Shown: positions 18,269 to 29,798 of the stretch, piece by piece
Layout: the number at the start of each line of letters is the position of its first letter
Numbering within the stretch: position 1 is the first letter of the stretch
Source of the DNA: an uncultured Gammaproteobacteria bacterium
GTDB taxonomy: Bacteria; Pseudomonadota; Gammaproteobacteria; JACCXJ01
Length of the DNA stretch: 64,000 nt
Direction: 5' to 3'
Assembly (NCBI GenBank): GCA_963764725.1
Contig: CAVXTM010000002.1
Location: forward strand, 151,136-215,135
The notes under the pieces: generated by a model
Seen by the model: only the letters and a program-made list of their open reading frames with translations
Databases searched by the model: none
Told to the model about the DNA's origin: nothing
Made by a program: the position numbers and the translations under genes

Positions 18269-19429
18269 TTACACCGCCCGATCCAAACCATCAAGCAGTT
18301 CAGCGGTGCTTTGGAATCGATCGTTGGGGTCTTTAGCAAGCAATTTGTTAATCAAGGACTGATAACGCGAGACTTCGGAGGGAAGGTTTGGAATCGGAGT
18401 CTCGAGATGAGCTTGAAAGACCTCGTAGGGAGTGACGCCGCGATAGGGCAGAACCCCCGTTAACATCTGATATAGGATAACGCCGAGGCTATAGAGATCG
18501 CTGCGTTTATCCGATCCCTCGCGGCTGATTAATTCGGGACTAATATAGTATGCGGTGCCCAGCAGCGAGTTTGCCGAGGTGAGATCTCCGCTGGCATTGG
18601 TATCTTTCGCTATTCCGAAATCGGTTATAGCCAAGCGCTGCTTATCCCGGAACAAGATATTAGCCGGTTTAAGATCCCGATGGATCACTTCAATCCGGTG
18701 GACCGCGTCTAGCCCTAATGAAATCTGACGGAGGAAGTGCATCGCGGCCGCTGGGTCTATGCCTTGCCTTATCCTTGTTTTTAAATCGCCTGCCGGGAAG
18801 TATTCCATTGCAATATAGGCCAGGTCGCTCGCAAATCCGCGCTCGAAGACTCTCGCGACGTGAGGGTGGCAGAGTTTTCTCAGGAGGTTGTATTCGCGCA
18901 TGAAGCGTTTAAACGGAACGGGGTTCTCTTGTGCTTTGAAAGGTAGGATTTTGAGTACCAGATGTTGCCCATCTTTGTGACGTGCAGCGAGAAAAATAGA
19001 CGCCATTCCGCCCGTGCCGATTTCACGGATGAGCGTGTACCCAGGTACGCTTAAAGGCCGATCCAGATCCGGTGTTAATGGGCCAGGATCTTCGAACAAG
19101 CGCGTAGCAACGGTGCTACGCTCCGCATCATTGAATGCGTCGGCGTCAGCCGCGCTTGCCGTTTGATTTCCTGCGAGGGTTATCCTTTTGCCCGCCAGCA
19201 CCGATCGCCTCCGTAACCTTTGTGGCTTCAAAGATCCGCACGCATCTCGATCCCCTGTCCGAACACCCGGATAGTCATACAGTAACAACGGGTCTCGGGC
19301 AAGTAAGGGATGACTATCGCGCCCATGCGGGTAGCAGCCCGGCTTCGTGAGCAAAGGAGCGGCGCGCGTCGAAGTCCGAATGCGCGGACCCTGCCGGTTG
19401 CTGTGCGATCCAACGGCGATAGGCGGCAT
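18269..19429 (-). CDS. Hanks-type Ser/Thr protein kinase; start uncertain, N-terminus possibly degraded
   Basis: IGTGGMA, VLKIL, HRDLKPANIL, TDFGIAK and DLYSLG motifs. Confidence 0.88.
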   Translation of the reverse strand: MPPIAVGSHSNRQGPRIRTSTRAAPLLTKPGCYPHGRDSHPLLARDPLLLYDYPGVRTGDRDACGSLKPQRLRRRSVLAGKRITLAGNQTASAADADAFNDAERSTVATRLFEDPGPLTPDLDRPLSVPGYTLIREIGTGGMASIFLAARHKDGQHLVLKILPFKAQENPVPFKRFMREYNLLRKLCHPHVARVFERGFASDLAYIAMEYFPAGDLKTRIRQGIDPAAAMHFLRQISLGLDAVHRIEVIHRDLKPANILFRDKQRLAITDFGIAKDTNASGDLTSANSLLGTAYYISPELISREGSDKRSDLYSLGVILYQMLTGVLPYRGVTPYEVFQAHLETPIPNLPSEVSRYQSLINKLLAKDPNDRFQSTAELLDGLDRAV

Positions 19430-19622
19430 CGATTTCCGCGGTCCACCAGATTTCGAATGTCTGTGAGGGCTCTGACTGATCGTTCATACGTAGCTCCGTT
19501 ATTGACGAATTAGATACAGTGGATGTTCGGCTCCCAAGCTCGGGAACCCGAAGCAATGATTACCAAGACTAAGGCAAAAACGTAACCAAACGCGTGTATA
19601 ACCTTCGCGGCAAGACCGCGTG

Positions 19623-20510
19623 TCACGAGAACCGGTAAACGAGCGTCGCCACGCTCGCGCCCGCGAACACGATGGCATGGAACCAAGACCACCTTTGGTA
19701 GCGAGTGGCGAGGTTCTTAGGGTCTCGATTCGATAGCAAGTACGGTCGTCCGCCTTTCGGTGAGCGCATTATTAGTGCATCGTTAGGCCGGTCGATGCGC
19801 TCGCGATCCACTTGATCCTCCGCCGCGCCCCGCGCTTGGTTCCATTCTTGGAGGTTGATCTGTCCATCGCCGTCACTATCAAAACGCTTCGCCAGCCTTT
19901 CCCGATCTTGTTTCCATTCGCGTAACAATAGACTTACCTCATGACTATGCTCCGTCGACGTGTAGTGATGACCGATGCTCATGATGTCGCCGAGTGCATA
20001 TAGATTATCTCCAGGCGCCAGGTATTCCACATCGAGCCAAAAATCGCCTTCCCGCCAGCGCGATCGATGCGTCGTAACTACCTCCGCAGCGTCGGGATCT
20101 ATGACGCATTGACCGGTTCCATCGGTTAAAACGAAAGTATCCGTACTCTGACCGTGTGAGTGCGGTGTCCAAGAACTTCCGCCTTGGCGCTGAACGTTGT
20201 AGCGATACCATACGCATGGCGGACCCGATCTATATCCAATCGGGAGGGTCCCCGGATGCGGCTCACAGCGGCCGTAGAGTTCAGTGTAGCCCTGGGCCGC
20301 GCTCCGGATGGCAGAGCTTGGCGTGTCGGTGATGAGGCGGTAGCGCTGATAGGCGCTTAGCGATGCCCACAGGCTCGCGATCACAATCGCCCCTAGCAAC
20401 GCTAATCGAACCATGGGCTGAGGCGCGTACCACATACCCGCGAGCAAGGTTACGTAGCTTGCCGAAATCAAGCCGTGGCCGAGATCTCGCCACCACGGGC
20501 CAAACATCAC
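19623..20510 (-). CDS. Membrane protein with GIDE-like domain and EF-hand loop (LemA partner)
   Basis: DTPSSAIRSAAQGYTEL, FVLTDGTG and DSDGDGQINLQE; terminal TM helices. Confidence 0.7.
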   Translation of the reverse strand: MMFGPWWRDLGHGLISASYVTLLAGMWYAPQPMVRLALLGAIVIASLWASLSAYQRYRLITDTPSSAIRSAAQGYTELYGRCEPHPGTLPIGYRSGPPCVWYRYNVQRQGGSSWTPHSHGQSTDTFVLTDGTGQCVIDPDAAEVVTTHRSRWREGDFWLDVEYLAPGDNLYALGDIMSIGHHYTSTEHSHEVSLLLREWKQDRERLAKRFDSDGDGQINLQEWNQARGAAEDQVDRERIDRPNDALIMRSPKGGRPYLLSNRDPKNLATRYQRWSWFHAIVFAGASVATLVYRFS

Positions 20511-20516
20511 GATTGA

Positions 20517-21095
20517 CTAAGGGGTTTGAAATAAAACGCGAAGATCGACGTCTGTCTTTTCCGCGGCCTCGAAGAGCAGTACCTCGTACGTTCGAAAGTC
20601 GAATAACTTCGCGATGAACAAATCGGGGAATTGCTCGATGCGGACGTTGTTGACGTTCACCGCGTCGTTATAAAACTCGCGCCGATCGGCGATGTCGTGC
20701 TCCAGGCAAGTGATGCGGCTTTGCAGATGGCGAAAGGTCTCGTTGGCTTTAAGATCAGGGTAATTCTCGACCAGCGCGAAGAGTTGCCCAAGACCGGAGC
20801 GCAACAGCTTCTCCGCTGCGCCGAGAGCGGGAATATCCGTGGCTTCACGTGCCGCGGCTACCATACTTCGCGCCTCAACGACCTTGCGCAGGGTATCTTG
20901 TTCGTGCTTCATGTATTCCTTGCAGGTGGCGACTAGTTTTGGGAGTTCGTCGTGACGCTGTTTGAGCAGCACATCGATGTTTCCCCATGCCTTACGGACG
21001 TTGTGCTTCAACATCACAAAGCGGTTATATGCGAGGGCGCCGTAGATGAAAACGGTAACGGTCGCGGTGAGCAAAACGTAGCCTGCGATCTCCAT
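20517..21095 (-). CDS. lemA: LemA family protein
   Basis: WGNIDVLLKQRHD, ENYPDLKAN and RREFYNDAV motifs. Confidence 0.93.
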   Translation of the reverse strand: MEIAGYVLLTATVTVFIYGALAYNRFVMLKHNVRKAWGNIDVLLKQRHDELPKLVATCKEYMKHEQDTLRKVVEARSMVAAAREATDIPALGAAEKLLRSGLGQLFALVENYPDLKANETFRHLQSRITCLEHDIADRREFYNDAVNVNNVRIEQFPDLFIAKLFDFRTYEVLLFEAAEKTDVDLRVLFQTP

Positions 21096-21243
21096 GGTGA
21101 TTTCCCTCGCGATGGTCAGTTGGATACGCCGGCGCTTGTTATGCGCCGTGACTTGGCGCTATAGCGGCTCTGCGGCCGTTATCTTGATAACGTAGCCGCC
21201 GTTGAGGCACCGGGCGCAACGCCGTCTTGAAGGATGGCAGACC

Positions 21244-24200
21244 TTATTCATTGGGCTCATAACCCAAGCTCGGCCCGAGCCAACGTTCGATCGCTTTAAG
21301 GTCCATACCCTTTCGCCGTGAATAGTCGTGGACCTGGTCTTCGTTGATCGGTCCCAGTCCGAAATAACGCGCCTGTGGATGGGAGAAATACCAGCCGCTT
21401 ACTGAGGCCATCGGGTACATCGCGTAGCTTTCGGTGAGGCGGATCCCGGTATGCTGTTCAGCATCGAGCAGCTGCCATAGCAAGGGTTTTTCGGTGTGAT
21501 CGGGACAGGCAGGGTAGCCGGGCGCGGGACGGATCCCTTGATAGCGTTCGTTGATCAGCTCCTCGGTGTCAATGCTTTCCTCGGGCGCGTAGCCCCAAAA
21601 TTCCTTGCGCACGCATTGATGCAAGCGCTCCGCGAAGGCCTCGACCAGACGGTCCGCTAATGCTTTAACCATGATGGACGAATAATCGTCGTGTTGATCC
21701 TCAAAGCGCTTGACGATTTCCTCTATGCCGATGCCGGCGGTGGCCGCGAAGGCGCCGATATAGTCCGTGACGCCGGTTTCCTTCGGCGCGACGAAATCGG
21801 CCAACGCGAGATTGGGCTGTCCCGGCGGCCGTTTCTGTTGTTGCCGCAAGGAATGGATCACCGTGAGCTCCCCGGAGCGAGTCTCATCGGTATAGATCTC
21901 GATGTCGTCTTCGCCCACGGTATTCGCGGGGAATAAGCCGATGACACCGGATGCGCGCAGCCATTTTTCCTCGATGAGCTGCGATAACATCACTTGGGCG
22001 TCACGGAAAAGCCTACGCGCCGCATCGCCGACGGTGACATCGTCCAAGATCCGCGGATAACGTCCCGCAAGCTCCCAGGCGATAAAGAAAGGCGTCCAAT
22101 CGATGTAGTGGCTGATCTCCTTCAAGGAGTAATTCGCGAACGCGAAAACTCCCAGTTGCTTTGGTACGGGAGGATTGTACGAGCGCCAATCCACCGGGAG
22201 TTTATTTTGCCTTGCCGCGGCGAGGCTTACCCATTCGGTTCGGGCTTGGCGTCCCTTATGGCGTTCGCGCACTTCCTCGTATTCCTGATCTATTTTAGTG
22301 GCGAACTCAGTTCGCAGTTCCTGGCTCATCAACCTCGTGGCGACTCCGACCGCGCGCGAGGCATCACGCACATGGACCGTGGGCTGTTGGTAATTCGGTG
22401 CGATCTTGACGGCCGTGTGTGTACGTGAGGTTGTGGCGCCGCCGATGAGGAGGGGGATCGTGAAGCCTTGGCGCTGCATTTCCTTAGCGACGTTCACCAT
22501 CTCATCGAGCGATGGCGTGATGAGGCCGCTCAGGCCGATAAAATCGGCGTGTTCCTGTCTAGCGGTCTCGAGGACCTTTTCCGCTGGAACCATCACGCCG
22601 AGATCGACGACCTCGAAGTTGTTACATTGGAGAACGACGCCCACGATATTCTTGCCGATGTCGTGAACATCACCCTTAACGGTGGCCATGATGATTTTTC
22701 CGTTGTTCCGTATGACGCCGCCAGCGCGTTTTTCCGCCTCGATATAAGGGATGAGGTGGGCGACCGCTTTTTTCATTACTCGAGCGCTCTTGACGACCTG
22801 GGGTAGAAACATCTTTCCCGCCCCGAAGAGATCACCCACCACGTTCATGCCGTCCATGAGCGGGCCTTCGATGACCTGCAGCGGGCGCTCATGAGCTTGT
22901 CGCGCTTCTTCCGTATCGCTTTCGATGTAATCGGTTATCCCTTTGACGAGAGCATGCACCAGGCGTTCTTGCACACTCTGGTTTCGCCAGACGGAATCAT
23001 CGTGTTTTTCCCTTGCTTCGCCCCTGACGGTTTCGGCAAACTTTACCAAGGATTCAGTGGCGTCGGAACGGCGATTCAAAAGAACATCTTCAGTCCTTTC
23101 CATCAGCTCACGGGGAATATCCTCGTAGATCCCGAGCTGCCCGGCATTCACGATCCCCATGTCCATCCCAGCCTTGATACCGTGATACAGGAAAGCGGTG
23201 TGCATGGCCTCCCGTACCGGGTTGTTACCCCGAAACGAGAACGAGACGTTGCTTACGCCTCCACTGACGAGTGCATGGGGAAGGTGATGTTTGATCTCGC
23301 GCGTGGCTTCGAAAAACGCCAAGGCATAATCGTTGTGCTCTTCAATCCCCGTCGCGACCGTTAACACGTTGGGATCAAAGATGATGTCTTCCGGCGGAAA
23401 CCCGAGCCTTTCAGTGAGGATTTCATAACTGCGTTTACATATCGCGAATTTTCGCTCGGCGGTATCGGCTTGCCCGCGCTCATCGAAGGCCATGACGACG
23501 ACCGCGGCGCCGTAACGGCGCACCAAGCGCGCATGCTCGACAAAGCGCTCCTCGCCTTCTTTCAGGCTAATCGAGTTGACCACACCTTTCCCCTGCAGGC
23601 ACCGGAGTCCCGCTTCGATGATGCTCCATTTGGAGGAGTCGATCATCACCGGCACGCGGCTGATCTCGGGCTCCGCGGAAATCAGATTCAAGAACCGGAT
23701 CATCAATTCTTCGGAATCGAGCATGCCTTCGTCCATGTTGACATCGATCATCTGAGCGCCGTTCTCCACCTGATGCCGCGCCACCTGCACTGCGGCATCG
23801 AGCTCGCCCGTGCGCACCAGCGCGGCGAATTTCGGTGAGCCGGTAACGTTGGTGCGCTCGCCGATATTGACAAAATTCACCTCCGCTCCGATCGTCAGCG
23901 GTTCCAGACCGCTCAGCCGGCAACGGCGAGGGATCTCCGGGACGCGGCGCGGCGGGAAATCGCGTAATGCCTCCGCGATGGCTCGGATATGCGCGGGCGT
24001 CGTACCGCAACAACCACCGACGATGTTCAGGAATCCGCTCTCGGCGAACTCCCGCAGTACGCCGGCCATGAAGTCGGGGCTGTCGTCATACTGGCCGAAC
24101 TCGTTCGGCAGGCCCGCGTTGGGATGGGTGCTGACGTAAGTGCCAGCGACTCTCGCTAACTCCTTGACATAGGGCCTCAGCTCGGTGGCGCCAAGCGCAC

Positions 24201-24957
24201 AATTCAAACCGACCGCGAGCGGGTTTGCATGTGAGACCGAAATCCAGAATGCCTCGGTGGTCTGGCCCGTCAAGGTGCGCCCGCTGGCGTCGGTGATAGT
24301 TCCCGAAATCATGATTGGAACGCGGAGGTTGTGGTTCTGGCAATACTCGTCGATGGCGAACAAGGCCGCTTTGGCGTTGAGGGTGTCGAAGACCGTCTCA
24401 ACCAAAAGCACATCGGCGCCGCCATCGAGCAAGCCCCGGATAGCAGCCGTGTACGCTTCGGCGAGCTCAGCGAAGGTCGTGTTTCGGAAACCCGGATTAT
24501 TGACATCCGGCGAGATCGAGGCCGTGCGATTCGTGGGTCCGAGCACGCCGGCGACGAACCGGGGGCGGCTGATGTCTTGTTCTTCGAACTCGTCGGCGGC
24601 GGCGCGGGCCAGACGGGCCCCGGCGTAGTTCAAGTCGTAAGCGAGGGATTCCAGCCGGTAGTCTGCCATCGCGATAGCGCTAGAATTGAAGGTATTGGTC
24701 TCCAAGATATCGGCACCGGCCTCCAGATAGGCGCGGTGAATCGCGTCTATAATCTGTGGCTGGGTAAGCGTCAGTAGATCGTTATTTCCCTTCAGGGCGC
24801 TGGGGTGATGTGCAAAGCGTTTCCCTCGATAGTCTTGTTCCTCGAGTCCGTAAGACTGGATCATCGTCCCCATGGCGCCATCGAGAATCAGTATGCGCTG
24901 ACTCAGTGCGGATTGGAGTTGGTCTCGGCGCTGTTCTGGAGTGTAAGTGACCGCCAT
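21244..24957 (-). CDS. metH: Cobalamin-dependent methionine synthase
   Basis: [29 protein letters not shown] and [10 protein letters not shown] motifs. Confidence 0.98.
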   Translation of the reverse strand: MAVTYTPEQRRDQLQSALSQRILILDGAMGTMIQSYGLEEQDYRGKRFAHHPSALKGNNDLLTLTQPQIIDAIHRAYLEAGADILETNTFNSSAIAMADYRLESLAYDLNYAGARLARAAADEFEEQDISRPRFVAGVLGPTNRTASISPDVNNPGFRNTTFAELAEAYTAAIRGLLDGGADVLLVETVFDTLNAKAALFAIDEYCQNHNLRVPIMISGTITDASGRTLTGQTTEAFWISVSHANPLAVGLNCALGATELRPYVKELARVAGTYVSTHPNAGLPNEFGQYDDSPDFMAGVLREFAESGFLNIVGGCCGTTPAHIRAIAEALRDFPPRRVPEIPRRCRLSGLEPLTIGAEVNFVNIGERTNVTGSPKFAALVRTGELDAAVQVARHQVENGAQMIDVNMDEGMLDSEELMIRFLNLISAEPEISRVPVMIDSSKWSIIEAGLRCLQGKGVVNSISLKEGEERFVEHARLVRRYGAAVVVMAFDERGQADTAERKFAICKRSYEILTERLGFPPEDIIFDPNVLTVATGIEEHNDYALAFFEATREIKHHLPHALVSGGVSNVSFSFRGNNPVREAMHTAFLYHGIKAGMDMGIVNAGQLGIYEDIPRELMERTEDVLLNRRSDATESLVKFAETVRGEAREKHDDSVWRNQSVQERLVHALVKGITDYIESDTEEARQAHERPLQVIEGPLMDGMNVVGDLFGAGKMFLPQVVKSARVMKKAVAHLIPYIEAEKRAGGVIRNNGKIIMATVKGDVHDIGKNIVGVVLQCNNFEVVDLGVMVPAEKVLETARQEHADFIGLSGLITPSLDEMVNVAKEMQRQGFTIPLLIGGATTSRTHTAVKIAPNYQQPTVHVRDASRAVGVATRLMSQELRTEFATKIDQEYEEVRERHKGRQARTEWVSLAAARQNKLPVDWRSYNPPVPKQLGVFAFANYSLKEISHYIDWTPFFIAWELAGRYPRILDDVTVGDAARRLFRDAQVMLSQLIEEKWLRASGVIGLFPANTVGEDDIEIYTDETRSGELTVIHSLRQQQKRPPGQPNLALADFVAPKETGVTDYIGAFAATAGIGIEEIVKRFEDQHDDYSSIMVKALADRLVEAFAERLHQCVRKEFWGYAPEESIDTEELINERYQGIRPAPGYPACPDHTEKPLLWQLLDAEQHTGIRLTESYAMYPMASVSGWYFSHPQARYFGLGPINEDQVHDYSRRKGMDLKAIERWLGPSLGYEPNE

Positions 24958-24961
24958 TGTG

Positions 24962-25597
24962 CTAGCTCGTTAAATCCTCAAAACCCGGCTTACGGAGCGT
25001 GCGCCGACAAAAATCCACGATCGCCCCGAGGACCACTTGCAAGGCGTTATTGATGGCCGTAACCCCCCCTTTGGCATCCTCGGTGGGAGCGGATTCGGTC
25101 GCGCTGAAGACACGCGTGGCGAGGACCCGGTTCCTGGTTAGGTCGATGAGTTGGGCGCGGATCGCGACTTGGCCCTGGCTTGGAGCGATCAGGAACTCGT
25201 GATGGATCTGAACGATCTCGGTATCGATCCGCAGCTCCGCGATTGCAGCGCTGGTAGCGGAGACCACCGCGTTGAAAAGATTGGATTCTTGTAGCGCCGT
25301 CATCAATAGGGGCTCTAACATCCGCGCCGGCTGATCGGCCCACTCGCTCTCGGCGTAGTAATCGACTTGGAGGGGATGGCGCACATAAGCGATGCGCGCC
25401 CGGTCATAACCTGGCCAAGCCTTGGGCGCCGAGACGAGCACGCTTAAGTGGCTCTCTGCCGGCGTGGCTTCCGTGTCGTTGGGCGCGACCCTGAGCACAT
25501 AGATTTGCGGCGGCTGCTCCGGCGTGCGGTTGAAAAGCGCACATCCGCTCAGAGCGAGCACGAGCAACACGCATGCATGCTTTACCGATATCGTCAT
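24962..25597 (-). CDS. ABC transport auxiliary lipoprotein (PqiC-like)
   Basis: Lipobox LSGC; [11 protein letters not shown]; follows the MCE gene. Confidence 0.85.
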   Translation of the reverse strand: MTISVKHACVLLVLALSGCALFNRTPEQPPQIYVLRVAPNDTEATPAESHLSVLVSAPKAWPGYDRARIAYVRHPLQVDYYAESEWADQPARMLEPLLMTALQESNLFNAVVSATSAAIAELRIDTEIVQIHHEFLIAPSQGQVAIRAQLIDLTRNRVLATRVFSATESAPTEDAKGGVTAINNALQVVLGAIVDFCRRTLRKPGFEDLTS

Positions 25598-26523
25598 TCG
25601 CCCGGTCCCCGGCGCACCCGTCGGCCGAACAAGAGCGCATTGGGATCACGTTCGATCGTCTCGGTCAAGCGCTGTAGGTTATCCACGAGTCGGTGCAGGT
25701 CAGTCAAAATCGGGATGGCCTGCGCGGCGGTACCACGCGAGAACCGCCGGAGGTCGGCGCGGGTGTCGACGATCAGCTGGTCGAGATTCGTGGCTGTGCG
25801 ATCGAAGGTGCCGAGCACGGAGTCGATCCTTTCGGCACCTTTGCGTAGTGCACTCAGGAGCGCCGGCAACTCCTGCGCCATGCGGGCGGCGTTGTCAAGG
25901 ATGGCGCTCACGCGCACGAGGGTGGTCCCGATGTCCTGGTCGCGGCTTGCGAGTGCCGTGGTGATGCGCTCTACGTTTTGCAACGTATTGCTCAACGCGT
26001 CCTGATTTTCCTGGTTCAACAATTTTAGAATCTGTTCGGCAATCTTCTTGAATTCTTGTGCCAGCTCGGTGGCTTGCATCAGGCCGCTGGACGCGGAGGC
26101 GAGCAGCGACGGCCCGGTGCGGATCTCGGGGTAACGTTCGCCGGGACGCGCTACCAGGGGCGGAGAGTTGCGATTGCCCCCTGTCAGATCGACAAAGGCG
26201 AGCCCGGTGATGCCGTAGACCGATAATAGCGCCACCGTGTCGGCCTTAACCGGGGTGCCGGCCTCAATGTCAAGCAACAGCCGTACCCGCTCCGGGTTAT
26301 CTTTGTCGAGGCTTATCTTACGCACGAATCCAACATCGACGCCGCGGTATTTTACCGCCGCGCGGGGGGCGAGGCCGGCCACGGATTCGTACACGTACGC
26401 CACGTAGGTTTCATAAGTTTTAGAGTCCTCTTGCGCGCTCAGCCATATCCCCGTCCAGATCAGCGCGGCGCCGAAGACGAGGACGAACAGGCCGACCAGC
26501 GTAAAGTTTACGCGCGGGTCCAT
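25594..26523 (-). CDS. MlaD/MCE family protein
   Basis: N-terminal TM helix; ESVAGL..VKYRGVDVG..GITGLAFVDL. Confidence 0.9.
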   Translation of the reverse strand: MDPRVNFTLVGLFVLVFGAALIWTGIWLSAQEDSKTYETYVAYVYESVAGLAPRAAVKYRGVDVGFVRKISLDKDNPERVRLLLDIEAGTPVKADTVALLSVYGITGLAFVDLTGGNRNSPPLVARPGERYPEIRTGPSLLASASSGLMQATELAQEFKKIAEQILKLLNQENQDALSNTLQNVERITTALASRDQDIGTTLVRVSAILDNAARMAQELPALLSALRKGAERIDSVLGTFDRTATNLDQLIVDTRADLRRFSRGTAAQAIPILTDLHRLVDNLQRLTETIERDPNALLFGRRVRRGPGE

Positions 26524-27290
26524 GTGGAAGCTTGTGCGGCGGCGCGACCGCGCGGACCGCAAAAATAAGCGCGGACTTCGGGGTGCGGATGCGCGCTCAA
26601 TTCAGCCATCGGTGCGAGAGCCACGACTTTTTTTTGCGCCAGGAACGCCACCCGGTCGGTCACCCGCCAGAGGGTATCGAGATCATGCGTCACCAGTATC
26701 ACGGTCAACCCCAGGGATTCCTTGAGCTGCATGACGAGATCATCGAAGGCGCTGGCGCTCTGCGGATCCAACCCGGCGGTAGGTTCATCGAGGAATAAGA
26801 TCTCCGGGTCGAGGGCTAACGCTCGAGCAACGGCCGCACGTTTCAGCATGCCCCCGCTCAGCTCGCGCGGATACTTGAATGCCGCGCTAGCCGGGAGCCC
26901 GGCGAGGACGACCTTTAACAGCGCCAGTTGTTGTACGAGATCGCGCGAGAGATCCGTATGTTCGTTTAGGACCAAGGCAACATTCTCCAGCACGGTCAGA
27001 GCGCTGAACAATGCTCCATGCTGAAACATCACGCCGATGCGCCGGCGCAGCTGGTCTAAGCGATTTTCGGGCAGCGCCAATACGTCGAATCCAAGAACCC
27101 GTAAGCTGCCGGAGGCCGGGCGCGTGAGCATAATGATCTCGCGAAGCAAGGTGGTTTTCCCGGAACCGCTGCCTCCCACCAGGGCAACCGTCTCGCCGCG
27201 TTGGACATCGAGGTCAATCCCGTCGTGAATGCAGACCTCTCCGAAATAGGTGCGTATATCCCGCGCTTCAATAATGTGCTTGCCAGACAT
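26508..27290 (-). CDS. MlaF-like ABC ATPase
   Basis: GGSGSGKT, LSGGM and LDEPTAGLD motifs. Confidence 0.92.
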   Translation of the reverse strand: MSGKHIIEARDIRTYFGEVCIHDGIDLDVQRGETVALVGGSGSGKTTLLREIIMLTRPASGSLRVLGFDVLALPENRLDQLRRRIGVMFQHGALFSALTVLENVALVLNEHTDLSRDLVQQLALLKVVLAGLPASAAFKYPRELSGGMLKRAAVARALALDPEILFLDEPTAGLDPQSASAFDDLVMQLKESLGLTVILVTHDLDTLWRVTDRVAFLAQKKVVALAPMAELSAHPHPEVRAYFCGPRGRAAAQASTWTRA

Positions 27291-27310
27291 CGCCGTGCGT
27301 TTCAGGGGGA

Positions 27311-28423
27311 CTATATCCCAAGCCAACTGTAGAGGATTGAAAACGCGGCGTCAGCGACGATGACTAAGAAGATCGCCTGCACTACGCTGACTGTGGTTTG
27401 GCGGCCGACGCTGTCGGCGCTGCCCATCACCCGGAAACCTTGGAAGCACCCGACGACGGCGACGATCATTGCGAATACCGGAGCTTTGCCAATACCGAGG
27501 AGAAATGATCTGAGCGTGACTTCCCCGGGGATGCGGTCGAGAAAATCCAAGTAGCTCACGTCCAAGAGCTTAGCGGCCATGACCATGCCGCCTAAGACGC
27601 CGGCCGCATCGGCGACCAGAGTCAGAAGCGGTAGGGCGATCATTAGCCCGAGAATCTTCGGCAAGACGAGCAGCTCGAAGGGCGAGATACCGATGGTTTT
27701 CAAGGCATCGATCTCTTCCGTGACCTTCATCGTCCCAATCTCGGCCGTGTATGCCGACCCCGTGCGGCCGGCGATGATGATCGCTGTCATCATGGGACCG
27801 AACTCGCGGAACATCGTGAGCGTTACGAGCTCGACGATGAAGATGTTAGCACCATAGCTTCGCAGCTGAATTCCGCCCTGGTATGCGATGACAACTCCAA
27901 GCAGAAACGAGAGCAAGGCGACGATCGGGATCGCGCGCACGCCAGCGCGTTCGACACAGCTGAAGAAAGCCCGCCAACGGATGCGTGAAGGTTTTCGAAT
28001 GTTGCGTAGAAACGCGGCGCTCACCTCGCCGATAAACGTCAGCAAACGCAGGCTATGATCGAAGCGTTCAATAGCCTCTTGTCCTAACCGCCCGAGGATG
28101 CCAAAAGCTTTGGGGATAGGCTCATCGTCGACCGAATTGGTGCGGGCTTCGATCAACTCCAAAAGCGCGCGGAACTCCTCGCGCAGACCCGTCAACTGCG
28201 CAGGCACACCCTGCGCGGCATAGGTACGCAACATCCGTTGCAGAAGCCAGGCCCCGTTGGTATCGAGCGCGGTGATCCCGCTTGCGTCGAGGATCACCGG
28301 CCTCGGTGCCTGGGCCGCGAAGCTTGTTTCCAAGAGCGCGAGATTGCGCATCGTCCAAGCACCAGTAAGCCGCAACTGCCTGGCTCGAAGGTCGATTTTC
28401 GCGTTCTCAGATTGTTCGGTCAC
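27311..28423 (-). CDS. MlaE-like ABC permease with N-terminal STAS domain
   Basis: LDTNGA (STAS); REFGP..AGRTGSAYTAEIGTMK; start uncertain. Confidence 0.9.
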   Translation of the reverse strand: MTEQSENAKIDLRARQLRLTGAWTMRNLALLETSFAAQAPRPVILDASGITALDTNGAWLLQRMLRTYAAQGVPAQLTGLREEFRALLELIEARTNSVDDEPIPKAFGILGRLGQEAIERFDHSLRLLTFIGEVSAAFLRNIRKPSRIRWRAFFSCVERAGVRAIPIVALLSFLLGVVIAYQGGIQLRSYGANIFIVELVTLTMFREFGPMMTAIIIAGRTGSAYTAEIGTMKVTEEIDALKTIGISPFELLVLPKILGLMIALPLLTLVADAAGVLGGMVMAAKLLDVSYLDFLDRIPGEVTLRSFLLGIGKAPVFAMIVAVVGCFQGFRVMGSADSVGRQTTVSVVQAIFLVIVADAAFSILYSWLGI

Positions 28424-28793
28424 GGCGTGCGCGGGCCGTTGCGATGAGGGTGTGACGAAGCATTCAGGGCGTTGGCGAGGACGGACTGTAAGCGGCGAAA
28501 ATGCGAGCCCGACCCAGTATACTCGATCACATGTCCGGCACATCCAGAACTGGGTGTAGGGCCTTTATAGCAGCGGACCTCGGCAATGGCTATATCCACC
28601 GTACAAGGGCGTCATCTCCTTGTCCGACATTGTCTCAGGCGCCCGTCTCTTAGCAACAGGCGTCGGTCTGTGATCTAAAAACCCGCGAATCTTATTACGG
28701 CGAGTTATCCGCGTCACGCACCGTCGGGGTCGATTTTCCATACTCACTGATGTAGGATTTAGCCTCATCGGTGTCTCGTAAGGAGCCAGAGCA

Positions 28794-29297
28794 ATGGAAC
28801 AAGTGCGTCAGGGCACAGGGACGTATATCGGGAAACACATGGCCGGCGGCGTTTCAGCCGCTCAACGGCGCGGCTCCGATCGGCGGCGCCTGTCTTGGTG
28901 GACCTTGACATATGGGTCGTTTTGTGGGCACCGCGCGCGAGAGAGGCGGTACAACGGTGCGGTGGGTTACATCGACCGCTACGAGATGCCGCTGTTCGTT
29001 GTCTCGATCGGTGTCTTTGTCCTAGGGTGCGTGGATGCCTGCTTAACGTTGCGTCTTCTAGCGGCAGGTGCGACCGAGGTCAATCCGCTGCTTGATGCCG
29101 TACTGCGCGCCGATACCACGCTGTTTTTACTCGTGAAATTCGTGCTGACAGCGATCGGTCTAGCGATTCTAGTACTGCACAAGAATTTCACTGTTTTCTA
29201 CTGCCTCAAAGGGCAAACCATCCTCCAAATCACGTTCGCGATCTACGTTTGTCTTGTCGGGTACGAAGCGGCGTTGTTGTCGTTAAGCGAAGCTTGA
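28794..29297 (+). CDS. DUF5658-like membrane protein
   Basis: AAGGAG RBS; DACLTL..EVNPLL..K pattern with TM helices. Confidence 0.7.
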   Translation: MEQVRQGTGTYIGKHMAGGVSAAQRRGSDRRRLSWWTLTYGSFCGHRARERRYNGAVGYIDRYEMPLFVVSIGVFVLGCVDACLTLRLLAAGATEVNPLLDAVLRADTTLFLLVKFVLTAIGLAILVLHKNFTVFYCLKGQTILQITFAIYVCLVGYEAALLSLSEA

Positions 29298-29798
29298 ATG
29301 CAAACGGGCCGTGGGTCCACGACCCGTCGGCCCAGTTTCTTAGCTCGGCTATCGTCTGCTAATGAGATTTCCGCTCGCACATTGCCTAAGGGCTCATGAA
29401 TTCGGTTGGCACTTTGGGCAAGCGTAAACTGTGGCCAGCTCAATACGACCATGCTTCCGCTGGCTGCTATCACAAGGGGATCGTGAGCCATGGGTTTAAA
29501 AAGCTCCTTTTCAGTTTTTAGGTAACGCCGATATCGTCAGGAGGAGAATATTCTTCAGTCTGGTTGTTGTTTGCGAAGGGAAACGGCAACGTCGAAGCAT
29601 AGGTCCAGCACAAGCGCCCCGCTGTGAAAAAGTTCACAGAACCTCGTCCTAGTCGCTCGCAGCTCGCTGTTCCACTTCCGTACTTATTGGCCAATCGCCC
29701 TTTAACGTCGTGTCGGACGGGCTTCAATAATGTCGCCGAGCGCGGTGCAACATGCGTAAAACAATGCACGTGACTAACCACTAACACGGGATTTTCGT

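Noticed and set aside
29298-29798. Mg2+ riboswitch or leader peptide upstream of mgtE; 82-aa ORF at 29243-29491
   Set aside because: No M-box or proline-rich leader recognised; the ORF has an AGGAG RBS but no recognisable similarity and overlaps the convergent gene.
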